The notes under the pieces: model-generated
Seen by the model: only the letters and a program-made list of their open reading frames with translations
Databases searched by the model: none
Told to the model about the DNA's origin: nothing
Source: a virus
Taxonomy: Duplodnaviria; Caudoviricetes
DNA length: 25,772 nt
Strand: one strand, 5' to 3'
Virus record (IMG/VR): IMGVR_UViG_3300028128_000202
Span: 1-25,772 of that record
Position numbers and translations under genes: made by a program
Part shown: positions 24,852 to 25,772 of the stretch, piece after piece
Layout of the letters: every line of letters starts with the position of its first letter
Numbering within the stretch: the stretch's first letter is position 1

Positions 24852-25772
24852 AAGGGTTCCACTTCTTAAGGTACTTTCGTTCTGGTGACCCATATGGTGT
24901 TGTTAATGCTTCCATATGAGCGCCAATATTTTCTGGTTTTTCTAGAAAACGATCAACTCCTATTTCACGAAGCATTCCAATGTTACTGAAATACCGTTTA
25001 CGATTTTTCCAGTTAACTATCCAATCAATCTTTTCTTCGAACTCTTCCGGAGTACTAAACTTCAGATCGTCCGGTGCTGTTGAATATGTATGCATATCCT
25101 GACATAAGCATGGAATACCCATAGTACAAGCTTCAATAAACTTAATATCAGACTTAGAATTATTAAAATTGTTAACGGTAAGAGGTGCTACCATTAGCTG
25201 GGGATCAAGATTAGTTATAAATTGAGGGTACTCTAATAATGACTTCCACCTATAAAACTCAATTTTACCAGACTTAACTAAATCTTGTAACGGTGGTGGA
25301 TATGCTCCAACAAAAATCCATTGATACTTATCTACAGTCTTACGGATAATATGATTGACTGCAGACATATCATCTTTACCACCAGTTTTATTCGCAACAT
25401 CATAATGTGCACCAGAACCTGTATACAAGATACGTGGTTTCTTTTTAAACTTTTCAAATGCAGATTGTATGCGTGAGCGGTTAAATAGATACCCCATCCA
25501 GTTGTATGGTACAAAGTTTGGTATAACAGTTACTTTCTGATTGGTAAGTTTCGATTGAAAAAGCTTACGCATAAAATCACAAGTAAGTGTAACTTCATCA
25601 CACAAGTCCATAATATCAACAACGGTCTTTCTTACTTCCTCAGTATCAAACGCAAATTTAAATTTATTATAGTCAGGTATTTCTTCACGGAACACTACAT
25701 CATCTACTTCATAAATAATTTTAAAATCATGCTCCTGTTGAATTTTTTTAAGATGCTTAACAAACTCTAACT
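24850..25772 (-). CDS. GT-B fold glycosyltransferase, 5'-partial
   Basis: Frame stays open to the window end (LEFVKHLKK...KIIYEVDDVVF); VIPNF, RILYTGS..H and APL..NNFNNSKSDIKFIE...MGIP. Confidence 0.85.
   Translation of the reverse strand, partial: LEFVKHLKKIQQEHDFKIIYEVDDVVFREEIPDYNKFKFAFDTEEVRKTVVDIMDLCDEVTLTCDFMRKLFQSKLTNQKVTVIPNFVPYNWMGYLFNRSRIQSAFEKFKKKPRILYTGSGAHYDVANKTGGKDDMSAVNHIIRKTVDKYQWIFVGAYPPPLQDLVKSGKIEFYRWKSLLEYPQFITNLDPQLMVAPLTVNNFNNSKSDIKFIEACTMGIPCLCQDMHTYSTAPDDLKFSTPEEFEEKIDWIVNWKNRKRYFSNIGMLREIGVDRFLEKPENIGAHMEALTTPYGSPERKYLKKWNP

Noticed and set aside
1-25772. Stop-codon reassignment
   Set aside because: Conserved genes are full length under the standard code, and TAA, TAG and TGA all serve as stops.

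Overview
This window is part of a large T4-like (myovirus-type) dsDNA phage genome, AT-rich and read with the standard code. The minus strand carries a replication/recombination block: family B DNA polymerase, UvsX, gp41 helicase, DHH phosphoesterase, probable gp59, gp32, gp45 clamp, RNase H-like 5' nuclease and gp61 primase. It also carries tRNA-Asn(GTT), an atypical QueC, a stand-alone class II glutamine amidotransferase, two glycosyltransferases and a SemiSWEET/PQ-loop protein. Plus-strand genes are interleaved. They comprise the 3' end of a mucin-like (SVTPSA)n protein, two acidic head-protein-like ORFs, and a cluster of two GT60-type polypeptide GlcNAc-transferase paralogues plus an HtrL-GT fusion. 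Most plus-strand starts visible in the window follow a T4-late-like TAAATA (or TAAGTA) element. The best candidate for a new system is a late-expressed, phage-encoded mucin-type protein O-glycosylation module, with the SVTPSA protein as its inferred substrate. Also notable are a QueC lacking three of four Zn-binding cysteines, a 602-aa protein built of cassettes bounded by EDxE motifs, and probable leaderless promoters including a recurrent AAGGAACT-N4-TATAAT motif. All family assignments come from motif recognition by eye; no database search was run.
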